In this document: positions 1 to 14,096 of the stretch, in pieces
Position numbering within the stretch: the first letter of the stretch is position 1
Layout of the letters: each line of letters starts with the position of its first letter
Assembly (NCBI GenBank): GCA_008632985.1
Contig: QPGO01000062.1
Coordinates: forward strand, 248,001-312,000
DNA length: 64,000 bases
Source of the DNA: Psammoneis japonica
Lineage: Eukaryota
Direction: 5' to 3'
Notes under the pieces: model-generated
Seen by the model: only the letters and a program-made list of their open reading frames with translations
Databases searched by the model: none
What the model was told of the DNA's origin: nothing
Translations under genes and position numbers: made by a program

Positions 1-891
1 CCAACCGATCCATCCGTACTGGCAACAGCCAGCCGAAACGATGGAACGATTCTCTTGTGGAATGTACTCAAAAAGGATGATGGCGATATCGAATACGAGT
101 CTTTTCGGAGTTTGAAAGTTTACCAGCATGACCTTCGTCACATGATTTGGTCACCCCGAGGAGATCGTGTCGCATCGTGGGGACAAGACTGCTTTGTGCG
201 AATTTCCAATGTAGAAACGGGCGCTCTCAAGAGTCAACACTGGAAAACACGATTAGAAGTTGCGGGATGTCTCGAGACGGTTGCATTTGAGCCTCCCCAC
301 GGACACACTGTGGCTTTTGCACAAGACAATGATTGCGTTTTGTTGTGGAATGTCGAGACGGATTCCATGCGCGTCTTGTCGGACTTGGACGATGCACACG
401 GGTCGTATAGGGGCGCATTCATTACCAGTGTAGCGTATAGTCCGGATGGACAATACTTTGTTGTGGGATGTCATGTAGCCATGATTAACTTTTGGCGTGT
501 GGAATCTCGTTCCAGAGAATCTGTAGATTCTGGCGAGGAAGAATCTGAGAACGACAATGAAAATGACAACACCCATATTGACTCGGACTATGTCTTTTTC
601 AAAGAAGTATTTCTGGGAGGAGGGTGGAGCGCAGTCACCTTGTTGACGTTTACTCCCGATGGACGATTCTTGGCGTGTTCCAATCATGGGAAACAAATAC
701 GTATTGTGGATACTGTCACTGACAACATTCTTGTTACGCTGAATGGACACGTGGCTCGGATCGAATCTCTTTGCTTCACGTCGGATGCAAGAACATTGGC
801 ATCCAGCTCTTGTGATCGTACTGTTCGATTGTGGGATACATCGTCCTATTGCCGTGGGATAGACAGCGCGGACTATGAGATATGCGGATAG
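1..891 (+). CDS. WD40-repeat protein, 5'-partial
   Basis: Frame is open from position 1 (PTDPSVLATASRNDGTILLW). WD40 motifs include VAYSPDGQY, LTFTPDGRFLA and LNGHVARIESLCFTSDARTLASSSCDRTVRLWD. Confidence 0.9.
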   Translation, partial: PTDPSVLATASRNDGTILLWNVLKKDDGDIEYESFRSLKVYQHDLRHMIWSPRGDRVASWGQDCFVRISNVETGALKSQHWKTRLEVAGCLETVAFEPPHGHTVAFAQDNDCVLLWNVETDSMRVLSDLDDAHGSYRGAFITSVAYSPDGQYFVVGCHVAMINFWRVESRSRESVDSGEEESENDNENDNTHIDSDYVFFKEVFLGGGWSAVTLLTFTPDGRFLACSNHGKQIRIVDTVTDNILVTLNGHVARIESLCFTSDARTLASSSCDRTVRLWDTSSYCRGIDSADYEICG

Positions 892-1186
892 TTCGATATT
901 TTGATCGTCAACGGGTTAAGGGTACGGTAAAGAAAAATAATTGAACTGGATGTGCAATCAAGATTTGACTGGTAGGTATTACTTCTGGTTTAGTCAGACG
1001 TACATTCTGCTTCTCTGTGGCCATTAGAGACACTCGGATAGGATGTGTGCTGTGTACCAATGCACCGTAGCCCTTCTTTGTGTAAGGGTTAGAAGTACGC
1101 AGCACGTACATCGAAGCGCACGGTGAAACAGTCACCGAAGCATCGACGTCATTCTTGAAAAATACCAAAGCAAGTCTAATCTAACG

Positions 1187-3099
1187 CTATGGTTTCTTGA
1201 CACACTTTGTGGAACAGCAGTCGCCAGGTTCCTTGGTGGCCAAAAAGCCCTCGGAACACTTGATGTGCCGACAGTTCGCCCTGAAACAGTTATCCGGTTT
1301 GCATTGACTTGCCTTGAATCCTGCGCCCTTGGTGGCGAGGCATTCATTGTCGTAGCGACAGTCATTCCCACAGACTACCGGCCTGAGTATTTTCGGACAA
1401 GTACGAAGCCAGCTCGTGGACAAGTAGTAGTATCATCCTTGATGCATGACGAGCTACAGCATTCGCCAGGTTTCTTATGCGGCTTCGATCCCGAAGGACA
1501 TTTGAGAATGGGACACTTACCCGCTGGGCAGTCCGCTCTATACACAATGTCCTTGATACAGGATTTACAACATTCACCTGGCTTTATCGATGGTTTCCAA
1601 CCAGCTGGGCATTTGACTGGACGACATTTCGCTTTTAAGCAGTCTGGCTTCTTCTCCTTGATGCACGTGCCACAGCATTCACCAGGATTCTTAACCAATC
1701 TCGAACCATCAGAGCATCTTGAAGGACAATTTGCTTTTGAGCAGTCTGGTCGACATTGATCTGGTGTATAACCGGCCAATTTTGCCTCGCACTCGTTGTT
1801 ATAGCGGCAGTCTGTGCCGCAAATCACGGGACGCACAATCATGGTACAACTGCCGAGCTCGGGTTTCTTGCATTCTTCCTGGATACAAGAGTCGCAGCAT
1901 TCGCCAGAAACCCTTCCAATCTTGGTACCATTTTTGCATTTGATCTTTGGGCATTGAGTTTTAGCACAGTCTGGCTTGCACTGACTTTCACTGTAACCAG
2001 CGGCCCGTGCTACGCATTCGTTGAAGAATTGACATTTATCTTTGCAAATCACGGGGTTGTGAATCGAAGCACACGCGTAGCCTTTCATCGGCTTGCGACA
2101 GGAATCTTCTTTGGCACATCGTTTCTTATCAAAGCCTGCTGAGAATGCAAAACATGAGTTCAGATACCGACAGTTATCGCAAATAACTGGACGAACGTCT
2201 GTCGGACAGAATGCTTTCACGGGCTTTGGGCATCTGGCATCCACACAGATACCTTCACAACCGACATTAGACGGGTCACAGTTACTAGAACATTGGTCGC
2301 CTTTCTTATCCACGCAGCGCTCTCCAATAGGGCATCGGCCACCTGGCCAGTTACCACAAGAGGTGCGGCTCGATTTGATACAGACTCCTGTGCACAATGT
2401 TTCGCCCTGTTCCGCGCAGTCAACATCACACGTTGCATCAAACCCATTGTAGCACATTTCGCCTTTGCTTCGATTGCAGTCGGAATCTGATGTGCATAGT
2501 CGCATACATTCTTTCTTTTCATATCCGGCTGCGCGAGCCCAGCACGGGCTGGGGTATTCACAGTCACCACACTTTACTGGCTTGTCCTTGTCCCTACATG
2601 CTTTACCGCCGCGGGGTTTGGGACATTCGCGGACAGGATAGCACTGATTATTCTTCCATTGGCACTTTTCAAACAGTTTGCAGTTTGCTTGCTTCTCAAA
2701 GTCGGAGCACTCGATGTCGTCTTGGGATACGCACGCCTTTTTCCCGTACAACCATTTGCACTTGTCTAGTTCCTGGCATATGCTCTTTCCTTTGATATCC
2801 GAACAGACAACAGGACAAGGCATTCCAAATGGCGATGAAAATTTTGGCCCTTTGGAAGATACACCGCCGCATGTAAAGGTCTTTTCGTCTCCAACGCTGC
2901 TCACCCACTCTCCCGTGACACCACAACATTTCAATCCGTCTTCGGATAATGGCATTTTCAGCGGATCACAGCATTTCAGTTCTGCTGTCGAAATTTTCTT
3001 TTCGGCTCGTGACAAAGGTATTGTATCGAGAAAGACAAAACCGAAAGCTATGGCCAAATACTTTGTTCTTGCGTTCATCATCGTCTTGTTTCTATGCAT
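1187..3099 (-). CDS. Secreted Cys-rich protein with Kazal-like and VWC-like repeats; 1-bp frameshift near 1403
   Basis: N-terminal hydrophobic signal peptide. Repeats of C-x3-RPVIC-x2-4-C-x-Y-x-N-x-C-x-A-x2-AG (Kazal-like) and CPxGxKP...PGECC. The last Kazal-like unit (TCPKILRPVVCGNDCRYDNEC) continues in ORF 1187..1423 in another frame. Confidence 0.8.
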
Positions 3100-5399
3100 G
3101 TGTCGTCACAACATGGGAAACACCGCGGAACGAATTTGTGTGGCAAAATATCTTGACAACAAAAACATTTCAGCTCATTGTGACCCACGCGAAATTTACA
3201 TAGGGACAATAGTCATTCCCGGTCATTTGTCACAGAAATCAATTTTGCCTTACGCACGACGAATGCCGTAAAGCTGGTACAAAGTCATTTTAGGAGCATT
3301 TCCTTTTTTTTCGCTCAATCGCAACGCACGCCTTGCTTCTGATTGACAGACAGGCGTTCCTCAGTTGCCGATGGCAGGTTACGTGGCGGTCACATGATGG
3401 TTGAATGCTTTGAAACAAATGCTGAAATGTGCACATTGGCAGCCATTCCACAATCATCACATTTCAAGTTGGTGACTGTCAAGCTGTTTTTGGTGTTGGG
3501 TGCTGGCACATGCTGCCTCCAAGCGTCGCTCTTGTTTCTTGTTGCAGGAGCAGCAGAGGCTTTTTTTCACACATCAGCCGTGCAAATGCACAAAACAAGT
3601 GTCTTTTGATGTCACCTTGTTGGTTGTGTCTTGGCAATGCAAAATGACCTCCACATGCCTCCTGTGAAGGAGCAAGGGGAGAGAACAAATCACGAAGTCG
3701 GGCGCAGAGAGATCCCCGAGAAGCCAGCGTGCAAGAAGGTGCGCACCTCTTTGTGAGTGCTTGCCAGCCACCAACCAGCAGCCACATGCACTGTGGTTAA
3801 ACTGGGCTTGCTGTCTGGACCCAGCCAAAGGGGGCAGTGATGCATGCTGTTGGGACAACATCTGGAACACCGAACAATCTGGTGTCGCACCTCCCATCAA
3901 GATTTTTTGAATTGCAGCCAGGCAATTTTTTTGTTCAATCCAAGACTGCGCCAATTTGTCCAACCCACACTTGTGAAATGTTCCATGACAAGCTTTTTCA
4001 TTCCTTGAGTCAACATTTTCTCTGCCACCTGCACAAGACTGCAATGTAGTTTGTTGTGTTCATGTCAATTCCTGAATGAAGTGTGCTGCCCACTTTCCCT
4101 GGATCAAAATTTCTTCAGTCATTCATGCATCAAGTTGGACTCTTCTTTGCTCCAAATTTTCTTCTCCCTGTCGCTGCCCTTCTTTGTTCCAATGCAATGC
4201 CCCTTGCATTGCTCTTCTTCATTTGTTTTTACATCACTGTGGCCCGGCTCTTCGCCAAGCGATTGCTGCACATTGTGATTGATGTTTGCTTTCCTTGCAT
4301 TGGGGCCTTTCTGTTTTTCCAACATGCTTCATTGGGGATGCAGTCTGATGGTCTCATTTGTCCTTGGTGCAAAAATTCTGGGTTCAGTTCCACATGCAGT
4401 CTTAGTTGGCATGTTGCCACCAACTGTCTCTGTTCTGTGGGGTCTGACCAAGTCTTTTGGTTGTCCGCACTGCCCTCTCCACTGCACTGCTTGTGCTGTT
4501 CTCCCTTTGCCAGGAACAACACAGTTGCACTCAAGAACCAAAATGTCCTCCCTGTCTGGCCAGACATTGGTTTCTTGGCTTCCTTGGGATGCCACCTCTG
4601 TTGCCTCTCTCTCAAGTCCAATGTCGACATGCCCAAACATCCTTGTCATTGCAAGTTCCCTTTTCCAACATCCCCCCTGCATCTCCAGAAGCAAGCTCCC
4701 TGCAAAGAGAAAGAGGGAGCTTCTCTTTGATGCTCTGCTGCTGTTTCAAATGCCGCCAATTCGTTTTCCCCTCCAGACGATGACTCATTTGGTGACAATG
4801 GCCATGATGCAATTTTTGGTTTTGCTGATGATGCCCCCCTTTTTGAAGTCCATTTGGATCCAGATCCCCTTTTTGAAGTCCATTTGGATCCAGATCCACC
4901 TCCTCCTGTTGGCTTTTCCTCCAATGGAAATGGTCTGCACCCTCCCACTGTCAGATGCTCTGGTCGATTGCACACTGCTGCCAATCTGGCCACTGCCAAT
5001 GCAGCTGCTGCCAATGATGCCCGCCAACAACTCGTCTTGTTTGCTGATGATGGTGTGTCTGCTGCCCTCAGAGAGGAAAGTCCTGTGGATGTTCTCAAGC
5101 TCATTGCAGTTGATTCTGTCAATGGTGCTTTGGGCCCTCCTTTGATGTCACATCCTGCAGAAGACACAGCTCCTCCTCCTGTCAGCATTGACTTGGCTGA
5201 TGTTTCCTTGTTTGACCCCAACAATCCATTTGGGCTGGCACGTGAGCTTGCCCCTGATGAAGACTTTGGCACCCCTCTGGTCCATTCGCCCAGCACTTTT
5301 GCACCCATGATTGAGTGCTCATCTCTGTTGTTGGTCAGGTGTTGCTGTCAACTTTGTCAACAAAGTCATGAGAATGGTCCATGAAGAGCATGCCGCAAA

Positions 5400-6700
5400 A
5401 AGATTTGATTTGACAAAGCCTCCCATTGCAGCTGCTGTGGCAATGAAGCAACTTGGGCAGCTGTCCCCTGTTCCCCAATGTCCCTCCCCCCCACACTGCT
5501 GTTGTGATGCTTGAGTGCAAAACAATCCAATGCAACAATGGAAGGATGGTCCCAAATTGCACCATTCTCCACCTTTCCCAGTGTGCAGTTTCACAGCGAG
5601 ACTCTGCAGGATCTGTTCACAGAGCCAGTCATCTACAATCTTTCAAAGTTGCAGGTGAATCCAAATGACATTTGATCACCTTGTTGGTTGCCTCCTTTTT
5701 GACAGCAATTTAGATCCTGATGCTGCAGCTGAGGGTGGTGACACTCGGTTTCCAGATTGTCCCATTCGCTGGTGACTGTTGACTCAAAGTCAAGACATGG
5801 CAGATGGAGAGTGGTTGCAACATTGTTCCGATGCCAAGGAGACTGCATCTGATTTCCATGTTCACTTTGTCAATCATTCCAACAAGACTGGAGTTAATGC
5901 AATCAATCCACACATGATGGAGCCTCTCAATTGCTCACTTGCAATGACTCAAGAAGGCGCTTGTCATGATTGCCATTGCTGGCATCCTCTTGGCTTTGTT
6001 CCAAATGTGGACAAGAAAGACAAGAGGAACAAAGGGGGCCATCTTGTCATTGCAAATCGTTGCTGCATTCTAAAGGCCGTTCTTTGTGGACTGCTCTGTT
6101 GCCAGGCCAATCCGCCCATTGGTCACACAATCATTGGAAAGGAGCACCAGTGTGTTGGGGCCACAATGCATTGCAACTCCCTGTTGGGTGTCATCCTTGG
6201 TCAAGAACAAATTTGTGGCAGAGCAATGAGTCAAAGCAAGACTAACAGACCATCTCACAACTGCCATGTGCCCTTCTCCCTTTCCGACAATTCTCTCCAT
6301 GCTTGCAAGTTCTTCAACCAAGTTTTCATTGAGTTGCTCACTCCATCTGCATTGGGTCAAGATCCCAAGGATGACAACAGCCACTGGCATCAGCATGTGA
6401 AACATGCATGAAGAAAGCACTGCATGATGACCACACAAAAAAGGCAGAGAACAAGCTTTCTGCTTCCCTCTGTCGGTGCATGAAAATGTGCACCGAAATG
6501 CCAAGGAAAGTCTTTGGACAGCTCACAGTTGACAACACTTGCTTTCCAATCAACACGGGTGACAACCCCTGTGGTGCATTTGGTGCGACGTGTGACAGTC
6601 TCCCGTGCAATGTGTGTGATGGGTGCAGGTGTCGTTCCTCAAATGATGGAGGTGACAGTTGGAGAGATGCCTGACAAACAGAAAGAGGAATGTGACCGGA
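5400..6700 (+). pseudogene. Decayed Plavaka-like (CMC/EnSpm-related) transposase
   Basis: HFVNHSNKTG...MEPLNCSLA...CWHPLGFVPN and DNTCFPINTGDNPCGAFGAT resemble Plavaka motifs (xDKT...EP...WRPLGYxP; NAF..xG.NP.GI..AT). Recognised from memory; several frameshifts. Confidence 0.55.
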
Positions 6701-8859
6701 TGGCCTTGGAATTGTTCTGCACACCAGCTTGGTGTTGTCCAGGTCAGAGGCGTGACTGTCCTTGATTGGTGTGAGTTGATGGCAGTCTCTCTGCCCTTGG
6801 TTGATTGATCTGTGATGAGAAGATGGGCAAGCCACTTGCACTCACCATTGTTGACCGCACTCCTGCAGGCAGAAAACTGCTTGAGAAGAGGTGTGATCTC
6901 CTTCCTTTGATGGCAAAAAGAAAAAAGCTGCCAACGGCTTTTTAAGGGGAAAGAAGCAACAAAATGAACAAATGACTGAATCACCTGACAGTGAACTCAA
7001 AGAAGAGGAGAAAGATGCTGTTGATGTGTCAACTCAACAACATGAAAGTGACCAAACCACTGCATCTGATGTGCCAACCCCAGCTGAGACGTGGTCTGAT
7101 GTCCTGTGCAACCCATCTGATGTCCAGCAGCATCATGCAATTGTGTGGTGCAACAATTGCATCGGGGTGCATGCAGTGGTGGAAGTGCTTTGATGAGCAT
7201 GGCAAATGCATTGAGTCTTTTGCTCCTCAAGCTGACAGAGATGTTGCCAACAAGCTGGATCTGCTGTGTGTGGTGATCCAAATGAGCAGCACAAAATTGT
7301 TTCATTGTTTGCTTCAAATCATGTTGTCCCGCATGTGAATGGTTGGAGGCCGGAAGCATGCCCAGGGATGAGACAAAAGTGTTCAATGTCATTTGTCATC
7401 ATGGGTCATGATGTGGATGATGATGTTGGAGCAATCTGAGTTGGAGGCATGGCACAGGGTGTGACACCTGCAGAACCCACACGGCAGTTGTTGAGAGTTT
7501 GGCAGTGGATTTTGGCAATTGTCCAACATGAGGACTTGTGTTGACAGCCAAGTGGTCTTGACCATTCCATGCCCTTGGATTGATCTGGGCCCGCCGTCTC
7601 TGCCCAGGGAGCTGCTGTGACAAAGTTGGGGGAACCGCTCATTGTTGGGGTGTTGTCCTGTGGGATCTCTTTGACTGGTTTGTCCTCCACTGGCATCTGT
7701 TGGGCTGGACTGTCACTGCACTTGGGAAACATCTTCTTGAGTTGGAATCAACCGAGGCAAGAATCTGGGGCTGGCTCACTTTTGTTGCAACACTTGCATC
7801 AAAACAGCTTGCAGAAAAAGCCCGTGGTTTTTTGGTTGGCTGTTTCTTCATGCAAACTGTGGACAGGCTGCCACATTTGGTCTTCCGAATTGGGAACCCA
7901 GCTGGTCTTTGATTGCCAAAGAGTTGATTTGCAGCAATTCATGGGGCAACAATGGCAAGGATGACAAAAGAGGCCAACAACAAAAATGCCCCTTGTTGAG
8001 CAGCTTGTGTGATTTTCTTCCTCAAAGGTGGCTTCAAAAGAAGCAATGGACGGTCCTTCCTTGGAAGGCTCCAGGCCCACAGGGCAAACACAAGTTTTGT
8101 TGTTGCCTGCTGTTGCATCATGTGCAGGAGCTTCCTTTGTCAAGGCAATGAAACAACTTGTCAAACAAGTTGAAGGACCCTGCCTGTGTCACAGGACAGT
8201 TCCGACACACACCCCCATGACACTCAATCTGGCAGATCCCATTCTTTCTGGTTCTTCTTCTTTTTGGGCATGGTTTTGACCCAGGGTTTCATTGAAGAGA
8301 GATCCTGTTCCTGGCTCAGTGGCTGTGGCATTGGCAATTGGCAGTTGTTGTCTCCAATGGAAATGGCCACCATTCGTTCCAACAGTGACTTGCACATTGG
8401 TCACGGATCGAAAGCACCCATTGCAAAGCAAGAAAGACAAAGAGTTGCATGTGTTGAGAAAGACATCTTCTGGCAACTGAATCTCTTTCTCTGTGACAGA
8501 GCTCATGTTGAGCTGTGCATCTGAAATGACCTCTGATTGAAAGGAGGAAACATTGGTGCCACATTCCACATTGTGCCCTTCCATCACGTGTTCCAAGATG
8601 AGTCAACATTTTCTGCTCTTGTGAAAGGCACTCCTGTGCATTTTGTCCATCATGACACTCTTCCAGATCCAGAAGCACCAAGAACCTTGTAGATCATTTG
8701 GAAACACACAACAATCATTGGATCTTAGCTTCATTTCCTCATGACAATGGCATCCCAAGCTCATGTTGTGATGCTCATTTCTTAAATTGCAAGAACATGC
8801 AAGGTCACCAACCGCCAGCCTGGCAAAGCAAGCATCACCATGGAAGACAACAAGGTTGC

Positions 8860-11110
8860 CGAATTCAATGCCAAATTGTTTGGCATGTGCACCAGCATCA
8901 TGACAATGACCACACACCACGTTTGGGCAAGGAACTGGGTCTCTTTCAAGCCCTTCTTCATGAGCATGGTCCCATGAAATCCACTGAGTTGGTGTCTCAA
9001 CTGAGGAAGCCAAGTCCATGACAGGTGCAGGAGCGGTGCTTGCAAATGATGGGAGCTGCCTTCTCAAATGCAGCGAAGCAGTCAACACATTTTGCCTGCC
9101 ATCAGAACATGCCTTGCTCCTGCACATGGATGAGGGCATTGCCACCATGATTCGAGTGATCAACGAAAATGCTGCCTGTCAGTGTCCACTCTTAAAGCTG
9201 GCCTGTGAAAAGAATGGAGGAATCATGTGAGGCAACATGAAAGGAACAACTCAAGAAACAGCCAGGCTCTTTTTCAAGCCCGTGTGCAAAATCTTGTTGC
9301 CCCAAAGGATTGATTTGTCCCCCAAGCTCAAGGCTGCATTGAGCAGCAAGGAGAAGGAGGGCAGCAGCAGTGGTGCCAAGGTTGCTGACTTGGGCTGTGG
9401 ATGCACAAGCCAAAATGGAGATTGAAGGGGCCAAGCTGACCAATGCCGAAGCACGCTTGTGCAATTCCCATCAATGGGTCAAGCTGGGAGAAGAGGCAAC
9501 ACATGATGTTGTGACAGTCTTTGGCACCTTTTGCAACATGCACAATCCTCAGGGCATGGCTGTGACAGAGATCCCTGCATCCATGTGAGAATGACACTCT
9601 CCACTAAAACCCCCCTCACACTGGGAGAATCAAAAGCATGGTGAAAACAGGGTTGAAGATCTTCCAGTGCAGAAGAGAAGTGGTGAGAGGAGTCATGACT
9701 GCCAGACAGGCAGACATCAAAAAAGAAACAACAAATCCGTTTCTGCACCCAACACCACAAAATCCAAATCATCCACTCGTAAAACCAGCCCAGTGAGCCA
9801 TCAACATGAAGAGACCGGGAGATTGTTCAGAGCATGAGCAGGACAGCAAGCCAGGAGGTCTGCTGGGATGATGCCAGAGCACACTGTTGGGAGGCCTGCA
9901 AGACTGAGCCCAATCTAAGAAGAAATTGGGTGGGCGACCGGAACAGCGCCAATTTGGTGGAAGCAAGTTGCCAGGGAGGAGCAGCCAAGGCAACAACTGA
10001 CAACAACTCCAAGCAGTGCAATCCCCCACAATGGGGGGCTTGCAGCATTGGCAGGGTTGAGGTGAGCACAGTCCAAGACTGTGGATCCATTTGCCTCCTT
10101 TGAGGTGTGCAGAGAAGCCATCTGCACACGCGGTGCACAGACAGGAGCTTGCAATGTGAAATGTGTTGATGATCATCAAGGGAGTGCATTTTGATTGCAG
10201 CAATTGCCTTGTTCACAATGCATGCAATGTGTCTTGGCGGGTTGGTGGAGCAGACACAGCTGGGGGTCTGCATGGGGTGCCGGTTGCAGCAGCAGTTGGC
10301 AAAGTGCCATCTTGAGCTAATGCCAGGGACAGAGCAGCCTGCATTGGTGACAGTTTTGCTTGCCAGAACAATGCCATTGTCAAACGGGTGCCATTTGTGG
10401 GAGGCATCTTGAAGTTTCATTGCACTCAAAGAAATCAAACTGCACACAGGGCAGTTGATCTTGGATCTTTGATGGCACACCTTGTGCAGGATTGCTGTGC
10501 AAGCAGAGTGCATGCCATGCCACATGCAAAACATTGGCTGATGACACCAACAAAAGTGGCTGGATGAACAATGATGGATGTGTTGTCACGTTGACAGAGT
10601 GAAAGTGGGTGCATTGCAAACGCTCACTGCCAGTGTCAACAATGATGTGCTGAAAAGGTGTTTTGTTGTTTTGTGATGTGATGTGGCTGCTGGCAAGTGA
10701 AAGAGAGGCTCATGACCTGACAGAGATCCCTGCATCTGTTGTGCAGGAATGGCCCACTCCACCAACAGGCTGGTGTGGCTGAGGAGATTTTCAAGGCTCT
10801 CAAACCTGGAGGCATGGCGCTCATGATGATTGAACCATTTTTGAGCTTCAGCAATGCCGCCAAGGATTGCCTTGCAAACTTTGGGGTGCTGCATGTCAGA
10901 GCTGGAGGTTGTGCTTTTGTGCTCCATGTGGCATGACTGGAGACATGAGAAAGGATGGGCTGAGCACGAAGGTGGGGACAGAGCATTGCACTGAGATTTT
11001 CAAAGAAAAAGTCAGATTTTTGTCCATGGGTGCTTTTGGTGCCAATGCTGAAGGCAGCAAGGCTCTAAACTCCAATGATTTTCATCTCTTGCTGGCAACC
11101 AGGCAGAAGC
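8860..11110 (+). pseudogene. Decayed class I SAM-dependent methyltransferase (Rv2258c-like: wHTH plus MTase), split by a ~1.1 kb insertion
   Basis: RLGKELGLFQAL..HGPMKSTEL; FCLPSEHALLL; TARLFFKPVCK; motif I KVADLGCG (~9377-9402); C-terminal EIFKALKPGG..MIEP (~10785-10840). Stops and frameshifts present. 19-bp direct repeat at 9563-9581 and 10718-10736. Confidence 0.6.
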
Positions 11111-13080
11111 AGAGCTGCTCAAAGTGATCCTTTTTATGCTGTGTGCTCAAGGAGTGGGTCAAAAGCCTTCGCACATGTCACAATCATCTTGTCCATCAAA
11201 CGAACCGCATGATCACTCCTCCTGTCATCATCGGCACAGCAAGAGCGACTGTTGCCATCATTGCCATCACCACCATGAGCCCGCCCGAATCTCTCATCAT
11301 TGTCATTGTGCCAAAGATGATTGCCTTTGTCGTCATTGCCGTCGTTGTTGTTGCCACTGTTCAGCGGCGGCTGTCCCATGCTCTTGACCACATTGGCATT
11401 GATGAGATAAAACAAAAAGCACGAAATGGCACAGCCGCCACCTTCGGCCACCTTGCACTGGTTGTTTTTACAAAAGTGACTCCCACAGGCCAAAAATGTC
11501 AGCATGATGAACACAGCTGCCCAAATGCACATCCACAACAACCAACGCTCAAATGTCAGTTTGCTGAATTTGCAACAACAGGCCAAAAACAAGACCAAAA
11601 AGGAAACAAAGGCACAGTCACCATGAGTTCTGCGGCAGCAGGATTGTTCAGTGCACAAACAAACAAGCATGGGGAACTCAACCAATGCCAGTCATCAAGC
11701 AGAGACTCCAGCTCTGTTGTGACTCCTCCCATGGAGGGATGTCATGTGCCATGCAATGGATTGAGCTCCAGCAGTCAGTGAGAAATTGAACAGAGATGTG
11801 CACACGTGTGGTTCTTGGAAACGGAGGCACTGAGGACAGTGGTGAGACATGCCCAACTTGGCAGACTCAAACTGCTGTGACAAGGTGATTGACATGGCAA
11901 AGAAGTTGGAGAATGACAAATGACATTGCAAGGCACTAGAAACTGACAGCAGAAAATGCCAAACCTGCAAAGCACACGGTGCAGGAAAAAGGGGAATCGG
12001 CTGAGAGGAGCCAAGGATGGAGTGCAAGGATGGGATCATGAAGTGCAATGAACTGCACAAGTGGTTGACAAAAGACCAAGATGACAACAAAGGATTTGGT
12101 GCCTGACTCAAGAGGAATGGAGACAAGAGAAGGCAAACTTGTTGTCTGAGGAGGCAGAGAAGAAAAGCGCAAGAGAGAGGAGAAGAGGAAGGAGAGAGAC
12201 GGCGGGTGGGCCGCACCAATGGGAGAGGACCTGCCCTTGCAGCCAGTGGCTGCCAGCAACAGCATGGAGGCCATTGCAGCCATGGCAACAAATCAAACTG
12301 GTGTGCAAACATGAAGTGCAGCAAACAACAAAATCCAAAACAAGGCAAAAACAATGAGGAAAACTGCAAGACAGTTGTCAGCCAACACAACAAAGTGCCA
12401 ATGGCAGTTCTTGCAACATTTGCTTTTGGCAAAGCAACGAAAAGAGAAACAATGCAGAAAGAAGTGACAGGCAAAGATGGTGGATTGTGAGTGGCAAGAG
12501 ATGTGATGAAGGTGTGAGGAACAGCAAATGACAAAAAGGGTTGAGATTGAAGCTGTGGGTGAGAATGTTCGTGCTTCCAAGTGGGGCACAATTTAGAGAC
12601 AAGAAACTCACAAACTTGCTTGGTTCTCAACTAACATTCAAAGGAAGAAATGGCTCATGAGTTCACAATGATCTGGGATTGGAGTCAAGAAACACCCAGA
12701 TTGTGACAGGTGGTCAAACCCAGAGTGTTGGGCACCCCAGATGAAGTTTGGGGGGAAGGACAAAGCTGCTCTCTCTCAAGGCTGGGGGTGGTGCCCACCC
12801 CGCTGCTTTGTTGATGTTTGCTGTTTGTGCTTTTGCCACCTGCCAAAGCTTGGGCTGGACAGTGATGACCCACCAGGTTGCCCAGGCTTCAGAAAAAAAA
12901 AAATGGATCCTGTCAGGTTCATTCATCGTCGAAAAGCAAGCAAGACGGGAAGTTCTGACCTTCTGTCCTGCGTCCGGTGGTGTATGTGGAGCTCCAAGAT
13001 CCGCGAGAAAGATCGCATTGCGCATTATTGCGACGACCGTCCATTTCTTGTGTTGCATCCAACAAAGAGAGTTTATGACC

Positions 13081-13931
13081 ATGTTGACCCGCTCTGCCTT
13101 GTCCAAGACGCGTCTGGCGACTGCATTGATGCGCTCTTCTCGTGTGGGGAGTCGTCAAATGTCGGTAAGATACTTTTGAGAATGTGAAGATGAGAATCTC
13201 GTGATTCATAAGTTTTGATGCCTGTAGGTTCAAGGTCTCTTATTGTATTCTTACAGCTCTCAAACATGTTGTCTCTGTTTGCTGTGCAGTCGACGGTTTC
13301 AAAAAGGTCTTCTTCCTCTGTAGCCAAGATGCTTTTCGCTACTTCTGCTGCTGCTGGTATGACATTGGCTGCCTCAAAGTTGAATGATGATGCCCCCCTG
13401 GTTCGCCTCGCCAATGAAATCCTCGTTACCAACACCACTTCATGCGATGCCGCCCTTCCCGTTTATGGAATTCCGGGAACCAACCAAGAGCGAACCTTTT
13501 TGGCGGTAAAGCCTGACGGGGTACAGCGTGGATTGATTGGTGATATTATTCAGCGTTTTGAAAAGCGGGGATACAAACTCGTTGGATTGAAAATGGTTTG
13601 GCCCACGCTGGAAATGGCGCAGGAGCATTATGCAGACTTGTCCAAAAAACCATTCTACGGTGGACTGACCAAGTTTTTCTCGAGTGGACCCATTGTATGC
13701 ATGTGCTGGGAAGGCAAGGACGTTATCAATCAGGGACGTGCCATGCTGGGTGAAACTCAACCGCTTGCATCCAAGCCCGGCAGCATCCGTGGTGATTATT
13801 CCATTGATTTGGGACGCAACATTTGCCACGGAAGCGACTCTCCCGATTCCGCCAAGCACGAGTTGGAAATGTGGTTCCCCGAGGGTGTCAATGACTGGGC
13901 GAAGACCGTCGATTCTTCTCTCTACGAGTAA
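13081..13931 (+). CDS. NDPK: Nucleoside diphosphate kinase, probably mitochondrial; intron 13165-13289
   Basis: ERTFLAVKPDGVQRGL, PGSIRGDY and RNICHGSDS. Exon 1 is MLTRSALSKTRLATALMRSSRVGSRQMS (Arg/Ser-rich presequence). The GTAAGA...GCAG intron keeps frame. Confidence 0.95.
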
Positions 13932-14096
13932 GCGGGTTCTCTCTAGTACCTGTAGTAGACATATTATAGATGTGCTAGACGCCAACACGGAGGCATCAGA
14001 GCACATGTTTCAGAAGGCTTAGAATGATATAAATATAGGAATGAACTACAAGAGACGAAAATCTCTAAATTAGTTCACTATACGATAGCAGCTTCT

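Larger units (their letters stand above)
3390..12900. mobile_element. TpA-depleted block 1: nested, decayed transposon and gene relics
   Basis: Only about 20-25 TA dinucleotides in about 9.5 kb by eye, with low CG and excess TG/CA. ORFs are Cys/His-rich and nearly Tyr-free. Borders are approximate. Confidence 0.8.

Noticed and set aside
4836..4896. 30-bp tandem duplication
   Set aside because: Simple local duplication in a decayed element with no further structure.
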